A stretch of DNA of 34,420 nucleotides from Bacteroidaceae bacterium (GTDB lineage: Bacteria; Bacteroidota; Bacteroidia; Bacteroidales; Bacteroidaceae). Within the stretch, counting starts at the first letter, position 1. Each line of letters starts with the position of its first letter. Shown piece after piece: positions 1 through 10,502 of this stretch. The notes beneath the pieces are model-generated. The model was not told where the DNA came from, ran no database searches, and saw only the letters and a program-made list of their open reading frames with translations. Both the position numbers and the translations under genes were made by a program. The stretch is taken from the NCBI GenBank assembly GCA_017558165.1, contig JAFYWE010000193.1, positions 1 to 34,420 on the forward strand, read 5' to 3'.

Positions 1-871
1 CCTCATCAATAAGGTCGCTCTTGGTTATGGCAAGAACGCGTTGCTTGTCGAGCATCTCCGGATTGAACGTAGCAAGCTCATTGAGCAGCACCTCGTACTC
101 CTTCTTTATATCATCGGCATCAGCAGGCACCATGAAGAGCAGCAACGAGTTGCGCTCGATATGACGCAGGAATCGCAGACCGAGACCCTTACCCTGGCTG
201 GCACCCTCTATGATACCTGGAATGTCGGCCATCACAAAAGACTTGCCATCGCGATACGACACGATACCAAGGTTAGGCTCGAGTGTAGTGAACGGATAGT
301 TCGCGATCTTAGGCTTTGCTGCAGACACAGAAGAGAGCAATGTCGACTTTCCCGCATTCGGGAAGCCCACCAGACCTACATCCGCAAGCAACTTCAGCTC
401 AAGAGTCACAGTCATCTCCTGCATAGGTTCGCCAGGCTGCGCAAAACGTGGAGCCTGACGCGTAGGCGTAGCAAAATGCACGTTTCCAAGACCACCGCGT
501 CCGCCCTTGAGCAGAGTCACCAGCTGGCCGTCCTCCATTACATCGCAGAGAAACTCACCGGTCTCGGCATTATAAGCCACTGTACCGCAAGGCACATCAA
601 CGATCTTGCTCTCGCCATCGGCACCTGTACTCTTGTTGATGCCACCGTTCTGACCATTGCCGGCAAAGATGTGACGCTGATACTTAAGGTGAAGCAAAGT
701 CCAGTAGTTCCTGTTTCCACGCAGGATTATATCGCCACCTTTTCCGCCATCTCCACCGTCAGGACCACCGTTTGGTATATATTTTGCACGATGCAAGTGC
801 GCCATACCACGGCCGCCACGGCCCGAACGGCACACAATCTTTACATAATCTATGAAATTTGATTCTGCCAT
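1..871 (-). CDS. obg: GTPase Obg/CgtA. The N-terminus is in the window and the C-terminal end lies beyond the window start.
   Basis: Not in the ORF track because it runs off the edge. The reverse complement from the ATG at 871 reads [22 protein letters not shown]...[15 protein letters not shown] (glycine-rich Obg fold), then GFPNAGKST (G1) and DIPGIIEGA (G3). The 41-862 plus-strand ORF is its antisense shadow. Confidence 0.9.
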   Translation of the reverse strand, partial: MAESNFIDYVKIVCRSGRGGRGMAHLHRAKYIPNGGPDGGDGGKGGDIILRGNRNYWTLLHLKYQRHIFAGNGQNGGINKSTGADGESKIVDVPCGTVAYNAETGEFLCDVMEDGQLVTLLKGGRGGLGNVHFATPTRQAPRFAQPGEPMQEMTVTLELKLLADVGLVGFPNAGKSTLLSSVSAAKPKIANYPFTTLEPNLGIVSYRDGKSFVMADIPGIIEGASQGKGLGLRFLRHIERNSLLLFMVPADADDIKKEYEVLLNELATFNPEMLDKQRVLAITKSDLIDE

Positions 872-905
872 AATAGTAAACTTCAAGACCCTCACGGGCT
901 ATTAA

Positions 906-944
906 ACAAAAAAACAGTAAAAGTTGCCACTGCTGTGGCAACTT
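906..944 (-). terminator. Rho-independent terminator downstream of adk
   Basis: On the minus strand there is a 10-bp perfect stem, AAGTTGCCAC-AGCA-GTGGCAACTT (921-944), followed by TTACTGTTTTTTTG. Confidence 0.6.
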
Positions 945-984
945 AATTTGCAGGGAGAGGCTACATATACCTCACACCCATACT

Positions 985-1557
985 TTACATTCTTGATTCT
1001 ATTGCCGAAACGATATCGGCAAAGATGCGGTCAAGGTCACCGAGACCATTGATATAACAGTGCTTGCCATCGTTCTTGTACCACTCCTTGAGAGGAGAAG
1101 TCTGCTCATTATACACCACTAGACGCTTCTTGATAGTCTCCTCGTTATCATCAGCACGTCCCGACATCTGGCCACGCTTAATCAGACGCGTCATGAGCTC
1201 ATCCTCGGGAACGTCAAGTTCAATCATTGCCGTCACGTCCTGTCCACGCTCATTGAGCATAGCCTTGAGAGCCTCAGCCTGGGCTATGGTTCGTGGGAAA
1301 CCGTCAAAGATAACCCCCTTGCTATCCACAAACGTATCAAGTTTTGCAGCAAGGATATCAATCATCATCGCATCAGGTATAAGCTGGCCGTTATCAATCA
1401 GAGCCTTTGCGCTCTTGCCAAGCTCGGAACCCGCAGCAATCTCTGCACGGAGCACGTCACCGGTAGAAATGTGGTCAATACCGAACTTCTCAACAATTCT
1501 CTCGCTCTGGGTACCCTTACCGCTACCGGGAGCACCAAAAATCACAATATTCAACAT
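985..1557 (-). CDS. adk: Adenylate kinase
   Basis: 190 aa. It has the P-loop GAPGSGKGT and is adenylate-kinase-like over its full length (ISTGDVLRAE..., LID region). It sits in the conserved obg-adk-hpt neighbourhood. Confidence 0.95.
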   Translation of the reverse strand: MLNIVIFGAPGSGKGTQSERIVEKFGIDHISTGDVLRAEIAAGSELGKSAKALIDNGQLIPDAMMIDILAAKLDTFVDSKGVIFDGFPRTIAQAEALKAMLNERGQDVTAMIELDVPEDELMTRLIKRGQMSGRADDNEETIKKRLVVYNEQTSPLKEWYKNDGKHCYINGLGDLDRIFADIVSAIESRM

Positions 1558-1635
1558 AATTGTATATCATTTGTAAACCGCACCGTCCACATCCGGGACG
1601 CATACAGCCTTATTTTTTTCATTAATTGACAAGGA

Positions 1636-2175
1636 TCACTCCTCTGCCGCGTCGTAGATATCGGGCAGATTGCGTCCCAAACGGTCATAGTCAAGACCGA
1701 AACCGACAATGAACCTATCAGGAATTGTAAACACGCTGTACTTCACATCAACGGGCACCTTAAGACGCGCAGGCTTCACGAAAAGGGAAGCAATCTCCAA
1801 CGAAGCAGGCTCACGCGTACCCAAGGTCTCAAGCATGCTCTGCATTGTGTAGCCGGTATCAACGATATCCTCTACGATAATGACATCGCGACCTGCGAGG
1901 GACTCTGTAAGACCGAGGACCTCACGTACTACCCCCGTAGAGTTGGTACCCTGGTACGAAGACAGCTTGACAAAAGAGATCTCACACTCGATATTCAGGT
2001 TCTTCAAGAGTTCGGCCACGAACATGAAACAGCCGTTAAGCACACCCAGCACCACCGGACGCTTGCCTGCATAATCACAGTTGATTCTGTCAGCGACCTT
2101 CTTGATCTCACTGCAAATCTCCTCATTAGTAATCGACTTGACAAAAGTCTTATCGTGTAATTTGATTGTAGACAT
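1636..2175 (-). CDS. hpt: Hypoxanthine phosphoribosyltransferase
   Basis: 179 aa. It has the PRPP-binding motif VIIVEDIVDTGYT and C-terminal FIVGFGLDYD, both typical of HPRT. Confidence 0.93.
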   Translation of the reverse strand: MSTIKLHDKTFVKSITNEEICSEIKKVADRINCDYAGKRPVVLGVLNGCFMFVAELLKNLNIECEISFVKLSSYQGTNSTGVVREVLGLTESLAGRDVIIVEDIVDTGYTMQSMLETLGTREPASLEIASLFVKPARLKVPVDVKYSVFTIPDRFIVGFGLDYDRLGRNLPDIYDAAEE

Positions 2176-2222
2176 AAACTATTGTTTTTACACCACACTA
2201 CCCCAACATAGGATAGTCTCCA

Positions 2223-2230
2223 CAAAAATA
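2223..2230 (-). promoter_or_regulatory. Candidate Bacteroides-type -7 box for hpt
   Basis: The minus strand reads TATTTTTG, a perfect TAnnTTTG, 48 nt upstream of the hpt ATG. No well-spaced -33 TTTG was found. Confidence 0.3.
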
Positions 2231-2329
2231 GAACAAAGTTCTGAAAATCCATCAGCACAAAAGCATTTTTTGAACAGCCAACGAATATTTTCACAGAATA
2301 ATCACCTAATATATAACTTGCCCGATAAT

Positions 2330-2363
2330 TTTGCGGTGATTTGAAAACAAATCATTATCTTCG
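2330..2363 (+). promoter_or_regulatory. Candidate promoter for the 2411 lipoprotein gene
   Basis: TTTG (2330-2333), a 22-nt spacer, then TATCTTCG (2356-2363; one mismatch to TAnnTTTG). The same TAtnTTCGCACC string recurs at 28472. Confidence 0.3.
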
Positions 2364-2410
2364 CACCATATTAGAGACTCTGCGCCCACGCAGAAACACA
2401 GAATGGTTTT

Positions 2411-3472
2411 ATGAAAAGAGTACTGTTTTTCCTGATATTGGCCGCAACGGCATCATGTTACGCACAGACCGAGGCCAACAAGTTCCTCTCCGGAGCCGAT
2501 GAAGGTATGACATATTACCTTCCGGATACACGTATTGAGATCGTCTTCAAGGCCACATGCATAAAGAAAAGCCCTGGAGAGTTCGGTCGTTACGCCGAGC
2601 GATACCTGCGCGTGAAGGACGCCATCAAGGAGGCTGACAGCCATTGGGAGCTTACAGGCGCAGAAGTTCACACGACCGGTACACCTGCTTCAGAGAAAAT
2701 GTACACAATAAAGTTCAATGGTAACAATGCCAGCAACCTGACCCTTGACAGCAAAGGTATCATAGCGGCCATAAACGCACCGCTTCCCACTGCCAAGGAA
2801 TCGGAAAGCACAAGTACCGTAGAGTCCCGCAGGAATGTAAATGCCAGCCAATACATGACAGAAGAGATGCTTCAGGCATCATCTACAGCAAAGCTTGCCG
2901 AATTGACAGCCAAGGAGATCTATGCCATCCGCGAAAGCAAGCTGGCTATAACCCGAGGACAATCGGAGAATATGCCGAAAGACGGCCAGGCAATGCAGAT
3001 AATGCTTGACGAGCTCGACAAGCAGGAGCAGGCATTGACCGAGCTTTTCATAGGCCGCTGCGACACGCTCGCACAAGAGATGCGCATAACAATAGAGCCA
3101 CGCGAGAAGTGCGACACCACAAAGGCCGTACTTTTGCGTTTCTCCAAGAAGATTGGTTTCGTAAGCAAGGACAACCTCGCCGGAGAACCGATATATTACA
3201 ATTTGCGAGACCTCAAGAGCGTCAAGTTCCCAACGGAAGAAGAGCTCAAGAAGATGAAGCCCGTAAAGAAGGAAGGAATCTGCTACAACATTCCGGGCAA
3301 GGCCGAGATCGAGATATACACCAGGACAAGAAAACTGCTAAAGAAAGAGATTTCTGTCGCACAGTTGGGCACGACAGAGGTTCTCTCAAGAACCCACTTC
3401 GGCAAGAATAACACCACAAAGGTCATATTCGACACAGCCACAGGAGGTATCACAAGTATTGAAAAGAAATAA
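2411..3472 (+). CDS. Hypothetical secreted protein or lipoprotein. From memory it resembles the Bacteroidetes DUF4831 family, but this is unverified.
   Basis: 353-aa ORF with signal peptide MKRVLFFLILAATASCYAQ. Its codon usage matches the neighbours. No catalytic motif was recognised. Confidence 0.6.
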   Translation: MKRVLFFLILAATASCYAQTEANKFLSGADEGMTYYLPDTRIEIVFKATCIKKSPGEFGRYAERYLRVKDAIKEADSHWELTGAEVHTTGTPASEKMYTIKFNGNNASNLTLDSKGIIAAINAPLPTAKESESTSTVESRRNVNASQYMTEEMLQASSTAKLAELTAKEIYAIRESKLAITRGQSENMPKDGQAMQIMLDELDKQEQALTELFIGRCDTLAQEMRITIEPREKCDTTKAVLLRFSKKIGFVSKDNLAGEPIYYNLRDLKSVKFPTEEELKKMKPVKKEGICYNIPGKAEIEIYTRTRKLLKKEISVAQLGTTEVLSRTHFGKNNTTKVIFDTATGGITSIEKK

Positions 3473-3498
3473 ATAAAATAACAAAAATATAATAGAAG

Positions 3499-4824
3499 AT
3501 GTTTGAAAATTTAAGCGAGAGACTAGAACGCTCATTCAAGATACTGAAGGGAGAGGGCCGCATCACCGAGGTGAACGTGGCCGAGACACTCAAGGACGTG
3601 CGCAAGGCGCTTCTTGATGCCGACGTAAACTATAAGGTCGCAAAGACATTCACTGATACCGTAAAGAACAAGGCCATCGGCCAGGACGTGCTTACCTCAA
3701 TCAACCCAAGCCAGTTGATGGTAAAGATAGTGCATGATGAACTTACAGCCCTGATGGGTGGCGAGACAGCCGACATCAACTACGAGGGACATCCTGCGGT
3801 AATCCTGATGTCAGGTCTCCAGGGTAGCGGTAAGACCACATTCTCTTCAAAGCTTGCCAACTACCTCAAGAAAAAGAAGAACCGCAATCCGTTGCTCGTT
3901 GCCTGCGACGTATACCGTCCCGCGGCCATCGACCAGCTCAAGGTTCTGGGCGAGAGCATCGGCGTTCCCGTATACAGCGAGCCCGAGAGCAAGAACCCAG
4001 TCCAGATTGCACTCAACGCCATAAAAGAGGCCAAGGCCAAGAGCTATAACCTCGTGATCATTGATACCGCCGGCCGCTTGGCCATCGACGAGGCGATGAT
4101 GCAGGAGATTGCAGCAATCAAGGAGGCAGTCAACCCTACCGAGACACTGTTCGTTGTCGATTCAATGACAGGTCAGGATGCAGTGAACACAGCCAAGGAG
4201 TTCAACGACCGTCTCGACTTCACCGGCGTCATCCTCACCAAGCTTGACGGTGACACACGTGGTGGTGCCGCGCTATCAATCCGCACCGTCGTTACCAAAC
4301 CTATCAAGTTCATCGGTACAGGTGAGAAGATGGAGGCCATTGACCAGTTCCACCCCAACCGTATGGCCGACCGCATCCTGGGCATGGGTGACGTGGTTTC
4401 ACTCGTTGAGCGCGCACAGGAGCAATTTGATGAGGAGCAGGCAAAGAAACTGCAACGCAAGCTCGCACGTAACCAGTTCGACTTCAACGATTTCCTCGCC
4501 CAGATTGAGCAGATCAAGAAGATGGGTAACATCAAGGATCTCCTCGGTATGATTCCTGGCATCGGCAAGGCAGTAAAGGACATGGACATTGATGACAACG
4601 CATTCAAGGGCGTAGAGGCCATCATCCGTTCAATGACTCCAAAGGAGCGTGCAAACCCGGACATCATCAACAACTCACGCAGGGAGCGCATTGCCCGTGG
4701 TAGCGGTACCACACTCCAGGAGGTGAACAAGCTGATGAAGCAGTTCGAGCAGATACGCAAGACCATGAAGACCGTTGCAGGAGGCAAGTTCCCCGGAATG
4801 ATGCCTGGAATGGGAAGAAGATAA
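3499..4824 (+). CDS. ffh: Signal recognition particle protein Ffh
   Basis: 441 aa. The NG domain has GLQGSGKTT, DTAGR and TKLDGD. The C-terminal M domain is Met-rich (FPGMMPGMG). Confidence 0.97.
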   Translation: MFENLSERLERSFKILKGEGRITEVNVAETLKDVRKALLDADVNYKVAKTFTDTVKNKAIGQDVLTSINPSQLMVKIVHDELTALMGGETADINYEGHPAVILMSGLQGSGKTTFSSKLANYLKKKKNRNPLLVACDVYRPAAIDQLKVLGESIGVPVYSEPESKNPVQIALNAIKEAKAKSYNLVIIDTAGRLAIDEAMMQEIAAIKEAVNPTETLFVVDSMTGQDAVNTAKEFNDRLDFTGVILTKLDGDTRGGAALSIRTVVTKPIKFIGTGEKMEAIDQFHPNRMADRILGMGDVVSLVERAQEQFDEEQAKKLQRKLARNQFDFNDFLAQIEQIKKMGNIKDLLGMIPGIGKAVKDMDIDDNAFKGVEAIIRSMTPKERANPDIINNSRRERIARGSGTTLQEVNKLMKQFEQIRKTMKTVAGGKFPGMMPGMGRR

Positions 4825-4837
4825 GAGAATTTAAAAA

Positions 4838-4900
4838 CGGGAAGGTAAAAGCGTAAATGTGAAAGCCCACGCAGTAGGAACCTTCCCGATTCCAGTTTTC
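4838..4900 (+). terminator. Possible ffh terminator or structured 3' UTR
   Basis: CGGGAAGG (4838-4845) pairs with CCTTCCCG (4881-4888) around a 35-nt loop, followed by ATTCCAGTTTTCAGTTTT. The long loop makes this uncertain. Confidence 0.35.
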
Positions 4901-4937
4901 AGTTTTAACTTTTCACCTTAATATAAAGCCATACACT

Positions 4938-5819
4938 ATGCAGATAATTGATGGAAAAGCCGTTGCAGCAGCAATTAAGAAAGAGATTGCCCAAGAGGTC
5001 GATAACATCATCGCCAATGGAGGCAAGCGTCCGCATTTGGCAGCTATCCTAGTGGGACACGACGGTGGCAGCGAAACATACGTAGCCAACAAGGTAAAAG
5101 CCTGCGAGGAGTGTGGCTTCACCTCCACACTCATACGCTATGAGGCCGACATCACCGAGGAGGAGTTGCTGAAGAAGGTCGATGAGTTGAACAACGACAA
5201 CGACGTGGACGGTTTTATTGTCCAGTTGCCATTGCCAAAGCACATTGACGAGCAGAAGGTCACCGAAGCCATCGACTACCGCAAAGATGTTGACGGCTTC
5301 CACCCAGTGAATGCAGGCCGCCTTGCCATAGGCCTCCCCTGTTTCCTCTCGGCTACCCCTAACGGTATAATGGAACTGCTTGCACGCTATAACATCGACA
5401 CCAAGGGTAAGAAGTGTGTGGTGCTGGGCCGCAGCAACATTGTAGGCAAGCCAATGGCCAACCTCATGATGCAGAAGAGCACACCAGGCGACGCCACCGT
5501 TACCGTATGCCACAGCCACACCGTAAACATTGCCGAGGAGTGCCGTCAGGCCGACATCATCATCGCCGCGCTCGGACAGCCCCATTTCCTCAAGGCCGAT
5601 ATGGTAAAGGAGGGCGCAGTAGTCATTGACGTGGGTACCACACGCGTTCCCGACGCCACCCGCAAGAGCGGATTCCGTCTTTGCGGTGATGTCGACTTTG
5701 ACAACGTGGCTCCAAAGTGCTCATACATCACACCGGTACCAGGCGGTGTAGGCCCAATGACCATCGTGTCACTGATGAAGAACACCTTGCTTGCAGGCAA
5801 GCGCGAAATCTACAAGTAA
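4938..5819 (+). CDS. folD: Bifunctional methylenetetrahydrofolate dehydrogenase/methenyl-THF cyclohydrolase
   Basis: 293 aa, FolD-like over its full length ([10 protein letters not shown]..., [25 protein letters not shown]). Confidence 0.96.
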   Translation: MQIIDGKAVAAAIKKEIAQEVDNIIANGGKRPHLAAILVGHDGGSETYVANKVKACEECGFTSTLIRYEADITEEELLKKVDELNNDNDVDGFIVQLPLPKHIDEQKVTEAIDYRKDVDGFHPVNAGRLAIGLPCFLSATPNGIMELLARYNIDTKGKKCVVLGRSNIVGKPMANLMMQKSTPGDATVTVCHSHTVNIAEECRQADIIIAALGQPHFLKADMVKEGAVVIDVGTTRVPDATRKSGFRLCGDVDFDNVAPKCSYITPVPGGVGPMTIVSLMKNTLLAGKREIYK

Positions 5820-5820
5820 C

Positions 5821-6945
5821 TTGAAAAGGAGACTTCTCATACTTACAATATATTGCGCAACAGCGGTAGTTACTGCTGTTGCGCAATATATACCTACCCC
5901 ACTACAAAAACTCGGGATACTGTTCGCCGGAGACATAATGCAGCACCAGGCTCAGCTCGATGCGGCCAGAACCGTTGACGGCAACTACAGTTTCTCGAGC
6001 AACTACCGTCACATAAAGAATGCCATCAGTAAGGCAGACGTGGCCATAGGCAACCTTGAGACCCCAATAGGAAAGAGCGGTTTCAGCGGATATCCATCGT
6101 TCTGTGCACCCGACAGTTTCCTACACGCAGCCGTAGGTGCTGGCTTTGATGTCATGCTATTTGCCAACAACCACTGCCTGGACAAGGGCAAGGGCACGGC
6201 GTTGCACACCCTTGACCTCATGGACTCGTTGGGCATATCACACTGCGGTGTATACCGCAATGCCGCAGACCGCAAGCAACGATACCCGTTAGTCATTGAC
6301 AGGAATGGAGTGAGAATTGCAATACTGAACTACACCTACGGCACCAACGGTCGCAATGTACCATCACCAATGATAGTCAACCTCATTGACAAGGAGACCA
6401 TCATGCACGACATCATTGATGCCAAGAGCCAGAACCCAGATGCCATAATCGCCTGCATGCATTGGGGCGATGAGTACGTGAGCCTTCCGCCACAAAGGAT
6501 AAAGGAACTTGCCGACTGGTTGCTTGAACAGGGAGTGGACCACATAATCGGCAACCACCCGCACGTCATCCAACCCATAGAGCTACGCTTCAACAAGGAA
6601 CGATGCAACTACAACACGGTAGTCTACTCTACCGGCAACCTGCTATCAAACATGTCGTTGCGCCGCACCGACGGCGGAGTCATCATCGGGATGGAGCTTA
6701 CAAAGATACTCAACTACACACGCGTGTCATCATTGGGCTACATGCTCACCTGGATCGCACCCAAGAAGGACGACGGAACGCGTGATTTCACAATCTACCC
6801 AGCCGCTACCACGGTGATAGAAGGCAAGCACAGAGCAAAAGAGAAATTGCAGCTGTTCCTCAATGACAGCCACGCGTTATTCGAGAATTACAACAATGGG
6901 GATATTAAAGAACTTTTTACCGACTCGGTCAAGTTCACTCCATGA
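5821..6945 (+). CDS. CapA-family (PGA_cap, metallophosphatase-like) protein
   Basis: It has the motifs NNHCLD, MHWGDEY and GNHPHV. The track ORF begins at a TTG at 5791 that overlaps folD. An in-frame TTG at 5821, directly after the folD stop, gives the signal-peptide-like N-terminus (M)KRRLLILTIYCATAVVTAVAQ. The start is uncertain by 30 nt. Confidence 0.85.
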   Translation: MKRRLLILTIYCATAVVTAVAQYIPTPLQKLGILFAGDIMQHQAQLDAARTVDGNYSFSSNYRHIKNAISKADVAIGNLETPIGKSGFSGYPSFCAPDSFLHAAVGAGFDVMLFANNHCLDKGKGTALHTLDLMDSLGISHCGVYRNAADRKQRYPLVIDRNGVRIAILNYTYGTNGRNVPSPMIVNLIDKETIMHDIIDAKSQNPDAIIACMHWGDEYVSLPPQRIKELADWLLEQGVDHIIGNHPHVIQPIELRFNKERCNYNTVVYSTGNLLSNMSLRRTDGGVIIGMELTKILNYTRVSSLGYMLTWIAPKKDDGTRDFTIYPAATTVIEGKHRAKEKLQLFLNDSHALFENYNNGDIKELFTDSVKFTP

Positions 6946-7555
6946 CGAACTGCTTGCCGTTCCAGCGGTACACTATCCTGCGCAACAGAGGCTTTATGAG
7001 AGCCGAATCACTCTCATTCATATAATCAGGCATAGTATATTCAGCAGTCAAGGTATTCGTGTCCTGCGACAACTCAAGCCTTACAAGATAAATATCACAC
7101 CTGTCAGCATATAACGCCGCACTGTCGGCCGAGACGAAGAATTCCTCTATTTCAGGCGCTTCGTACAGCCCTTTTGCCGACACCCTCTCCCACCCGGTAG
7201 TGTAGAACGAGATACGGCTATCGACTGCCTCGGCCTTTACACTATTCACAACACATAATAATGTATCACCACCGGCCTGCAACATCTTGACCTGGACCGA
7301 TGATACCGTTGACGGTTCAATGGACATAAAGTCCTCCGCAAGCACCCTCAAGCGACACGCACCACCCAGCAGATTCGCCACTGGCGCCTCCATTCCCGCA
7401 TCGATATAATCGATGCAGTCGGCACGGTTGTTCCTTGTCAACAAAGGGAACACATCATCCGGTGCGTCCAGAAAGAGTTGGCGCATACCTTGCGCACAAA
7501 GATCATGCCCCGACAGACAGAGCATCATCGTCAATATTAGGAATAACTTTTTCAT
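6935..7555 (-). CDS. Secreted hypothetical protein. From memory it resembles the Bacteroidetes DUF3256 family.
   Basis: 206 aa with signal peptide MKKLFLILTMMLCLSGHDLCAQ. It overlaps the EamA stop by 4 nt, consistent with translational coupling. Confidence 0.75.
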   Translation of the reverse strand: MKKLFLILTMMLCLSGHDLCAQGMRQLFLDAPDDVFPLLTRNNRADCIDYIDAGMEAPVANLLGGACRLRVLAEDFMSIEPSTVSSVQVKMLQAGGDTLLCVVNSVKAEAVDSRISFYTTGWERVSAKGLYEAPEIEEFFVSADSAALYADRCDIYLVRLELSQDTNTLTAEYTMPDYMNESDSALIKPLLRRIVYRWNGKQFVME

Positions 7556-8451
7556 TTAGAGCCCAAATAAAGGAAGAATAGACCGATAATTATCAATATA
7601 AGATCAACGAGCTTGCTCTTGAGGTTCTTCTCGTGCAATAGGAATGCACCGAACGCGAACGACACTACCACACTACCCCTGCGGATCATGGACACTACTG
7701 CTATGAGCGCACCATCCTGAGCCAATGCCGAAAAGTAACAGAAATCGGCAAAGCCAAGGAAGAGCGAGGTCATGGGTATTGCCCAACTCCAGTGGAACTT
7801 ACGACCACGTTGAGCCGGCCACAAGGCATTAAGCAATAGAGCAAGTCCACCCATCAGCACACATTGGTACAGATTGAACCACGACTGCACCAGGATGGGC
7901 TCCAAGGAGCGCATCAGGAACTTGTCATAAAGCGCGCTCACAGCACCGAACAAGGCCGCAAGCGCCACGAATGCAACCCAACGGTTGCTGGTAAAGTGTA
8001 TACCCTCACGCTTTCCGCTACGGCTGAGCAGGAAAACTGACAGGATAGCTATCAGTACACCAATCCATTGGTACAGGTTCAGTGTCTCACCGAAGAGCAA
8101 CAATGCACCCAGCAACACTATTACAGGACGTGTAGACTGTATGGGAGATACTATGGTTATGGGCAGATGTTTTATGCCGATGTAACCGCATAGCCATGAG
8201 CTCAGCACAATCACAGCCTTGAGCAGGAGCAGCATATGCGTACCAAGACCAGCCTCTGGCACATACAGCGGCCCCTCTACAATCACGCCCGTGCGCGACA
8301 GCACAATGAACGGCATGAAAAGCAAGGTCGAGAATAGCGTGTTCAGGAAAAGCACCGCAATCACGGAGTTGTCCTTGAGCGACACCTTCTTGAAGAAGTC
8401 GTAACAGCCCAGTAGAGCCGCCGACATGAAAGCAAGCAACGCCCACATCAT
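7552..8451 (-). CDS. EamA/DMT-superfamily transporter
   Basis: 299 aa with about 10 hydrophobic segments in two repeated halves typical of EamA. It overlaps truA by 4 nt. Confidence 0.88.
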   Translation of the reverse strand: MMWALLAFMSAALLGCYDFFKKVSLKDNSVIAVLFLNTLFSTLLFMPFIVLSRTGVIVEGPLYVPEAGLGTHMLLLLKAVIVLSSWLCGYIGIKHLPITIVSPIQSTRPVIVLLGALLLFGETLNLYQWIGVLIAILSVFLLSRSGKREGIHFTSNRWVAFVALAALFGAVSALYDKFLMRSLEPILVQSWFNLYQCVLMGGLALLLNALWPAQRGRKFHWSWAIPMTSLFLGFADFCYFSALAQDGALIAVVSMIRRGSVVVSFAFGAFLLHEKNLKSKLVDLILIIIGLFFLYLGSK

Positions 8452-9197
8452 AGGAATATGCTATCTGGGTATTTCACATCCACAAGGAAAAGTGCCTCGC
8501 CCATTGCCGAGTCACCAGCCTCCCCGCGTGCCTTGTTCTCAATCACAGCCCTGAAGCCATCGAGCGTCATCTTGCCGCGCCCCACCAACAGCAACGTACC
8601 CACTATGGCACGCACCATGTTGCGCAAGAAACGGTCGGCCTCAATCTCAAAGACCCACTCGCACTCGCCCACCTGACGCCACTGCGCGAAGGTGACCTTG
8701 CAGTTGTTGGTCTTGACATCGGTATGCAGTTTGCTGAAACTGGTGAAATCACTGTACTCATACAGCACGCAGGCAGCACGGTTCATCGCCTCGAAGTCAA
8801 TGCCCGGCATCACCCTGCATGCATACTTACGCGCAAATGGGGACTTGGCCGTCACCACGCGATAGTTGTACTTGCGTGAGAGGGCATCGAAGCGCGCGTG
8901 CGCATCGTCCTTCACCCTGCGTACATCGCTCACGGCAATGTCGGGTGGCAGGATCTTGTTCAGCTTATATACCAGTTGACGGGTATCGAGTTCAGCGGGG
9001 AAATCACCGTGAGCAACCATGCATGCGGCATTCACGCCGGCATCGGTACGCCCTGCACCCACAAGCGGGACTGGTTGGCGCACGAGCTTGGCGAGAGCCT
9101 CCTCAAGCACCTGCTGAACGGTAATGGCGTTAGGCTGTACCTGCCAGCCGTGGTACGCCGCACCGTCGTATGAGAAATATATGAAATATCTGAACAT
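8448..9197 (-). CDS. truA: tRNA pseudouridine(38-40) synthase TruA
   Basis: The likely start is the ATG at 9197 (MFRYFIYFSYDGAAYHGWQVQPN), which overlaps the rsmE TGA as TGATG. It has the catalytic motif GAGRTDAGVNA. The 11-codon upstream extension in the track is probably not translated. Confidence 0.93.
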   Translation of the reverse strand: MFRYFIYFSYDGAAYHGWQVQPNAITVQQVLEEALAKLVRQPVPLVGAGRTDAGVNAACMVAHGDFPAELDTRQLVYKLNKILPPDIAVSDVRRVKDDAHARFDALSRKYNYRVVTAKSPFARKYACRVMPGIDFEAMNRAACVLYEYSDFTSFSKLHTDVKTNNCKVTFAQWRQVGECEWVFEIEADRFLRNMVRAIVGTLLLVGRGKMTLDGFRAVIENKARGEAGDSAMGEALFLVDVKYPDSIFL

Positions 9198-9898
9198 CAG
9201 ATTTCGTTCTTTAGAATGAATGTATGGCATCCTACCAGACCGGCGGTCTCGGTACGCAGACGCGAACTTCCAAGGCTAACAGGCCTGTATCCCGCCTTTA
9301 TAGCAATCTCAACCTCCTCGGGGCTGAAGTCACCCTCGGGACCCACAAGCAATGTGACATCCTCGCCGGCCTGCATCACCTCCTTCAACAGCACCCTCTC
9401 ACCCTCATGGCAGTGCGCAATGAACTTGGCACCGGGACGCTCCTCGGCCACAAAGCGCTTGAAATCGGTCATCTCGCCCACCACAGGCTTGCAGTACTTG
9501 AGCGACTGCTTCATTGCCGATACCACGATGCGCTCCACGCGGTCACACTTCACCACCTTGCGCTCCGAGAAGCGACAGTTCAGGAACGTGATGGCATCAA
9601 GCCCTATCTCCGTAGCCTTCTCGGCCAGCCACTCGATGCGGTCCATATTCTTTGTAGGAGCTATCGCAAGATGGAACCTTGCGTTCCAGTTCTTGGGCAC
9701 GGGTGTCGGCTCCACAGCCTTCACATAGCAATGCTTACCTGTTATCGAAGCCACCTCGGTCCTGTATAGATTACCACAACCATCAGTTATATCAAGTGCA
9801 TCACCAACGGCAATGCGCAACACGCGCAACGCATGTGTGGCCTCCTCCTCCGAGAGTTCCCATCTCCCGGCAATATCATGTACATAAAATAGTGCCAT
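9197..9898 (-). CDS. rsmE: 16S rRNA (uracil1498-N3)-methyltransferase RsmE
   Basis: 233 aa with an N-terminal PUA-like region and the SPOUT knot motif LLVGPEGDFSPEE...LGSSRLRTETA. Confidence 0.9.
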   Translation of the reverse strand: MALFYVHDIAGRWELSEEEATHALRVLRIAVGDALDITDGCGNLYRTEVASITGKHCYVKAVEPTPVPKNWNARFHLAIAPTKNMDRIEWLAEKATEIGLDAITFLNCRFSERKVVKCDRVERIVVSAMKQSLKYCKPVVGEMTDFKRFVAEERPGAKFIAHCHEGERVLLKEVMQAGEDVTLLVGPEGDFSPEEVEIAIKAGYRPVSLGSSRLRTETAGLVGCHTFILKNEI

Positions 9899-9900
9899 AA

Positions 9901-10476
9901 TTATTCGTGTTCTTCATTATCCTTGTTTACAACCTGCGAAGCGTGACGCGACTCAATCTCCTCTTTCAGTTTCATCGCCAGCTCATAGTTCTCGGTCTTC
10001 ACGGCATTTTCCATTGCCGTGCGCAACGTATCCTCATCGGCAGCAGTAATAGGGATTGATATAGCCCCGTTATTCTCGTCACGTATGCACATACGGTTGA
10101 GCAGTTCATCATCAATGTATACGGGTGCCCCGGCCCTCAACGCTATTGCCACCGCGTCACTGGTGCGCGAATCGATATCCCTTACCTCATCGCCCATCAC
10201 ATAGTGCAGCTTCGCGTGGAACGTGCCGTCGTTTATGCTGTCAATGAGTACATACTGCAGTTCAATGCCGAACGCTCCGGACAACGAGCCGAAGAGGTCA
10301 TGAGTAAGAGGACGTCCCGGGTCCACGCCACGCAGGGCAAACACGATAGCCTGGGTCTCCACGAAGCCCAACGCAACTATGATCTTGCGCAGTCCATCCT
10401 TCTCCTGCAGCACCAGCACCTGGGCACGGCGGTCCGACACCTTGGACATTATATCAGCCACATAAAGCTCTACCAT
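9901..10476 (-). CDS. Bifunctional nuclease family protein (DUF151/BFN domain plus a UVR-like motif)
   Basis: 191 aa. VLVLQEKDGLRKIIVALGFVETQAI...RPLTHDL is typical of BFN. The C-terminal ENYELAMKLKEEIE is UvrB/C-like. A 2-nt gap separates it from rsmE. Confidence 0.8.
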   Translation of the reverse strand: MVELYVADIMSKVSDRRAQVLVLQEKDGLRKIIVALGFVETQAIVFALRGVDPGRPLTHDLFGSLSGAFGIELQYVLIDSINDGTFHAKLHYVMGDEVRDIDSRTSDAVAIALRAGAPVYIDDELLNRMCIRDENNGAISIPITAADEDTLRTAMENAVKTENYELAMKLKEEIESRHASQVVNKDNEEHE

Positions 10477-10502
10477 AATCCTGTAATCTCTGTAAAATCA
10501 AT

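Noticed and set aside
41-862. A 273-aa plus-strand ORF at the window start
   Set aside because: It lies entirely antisense to a clean Obg GTPase reading frame. Its translation is Arg/His/Leu-rich with no recognisable motif and it begins at a TTG, so it is a shadow ORF.
4825-4937. An SRP RNA (ffs) or other ncRNA next to ffh
   Set aside because: The region has only an 8-bp stem with a long loop and lacks the conserved 4.5S domain IV motif. It is more simply the ffh terminator or 3' UTR.
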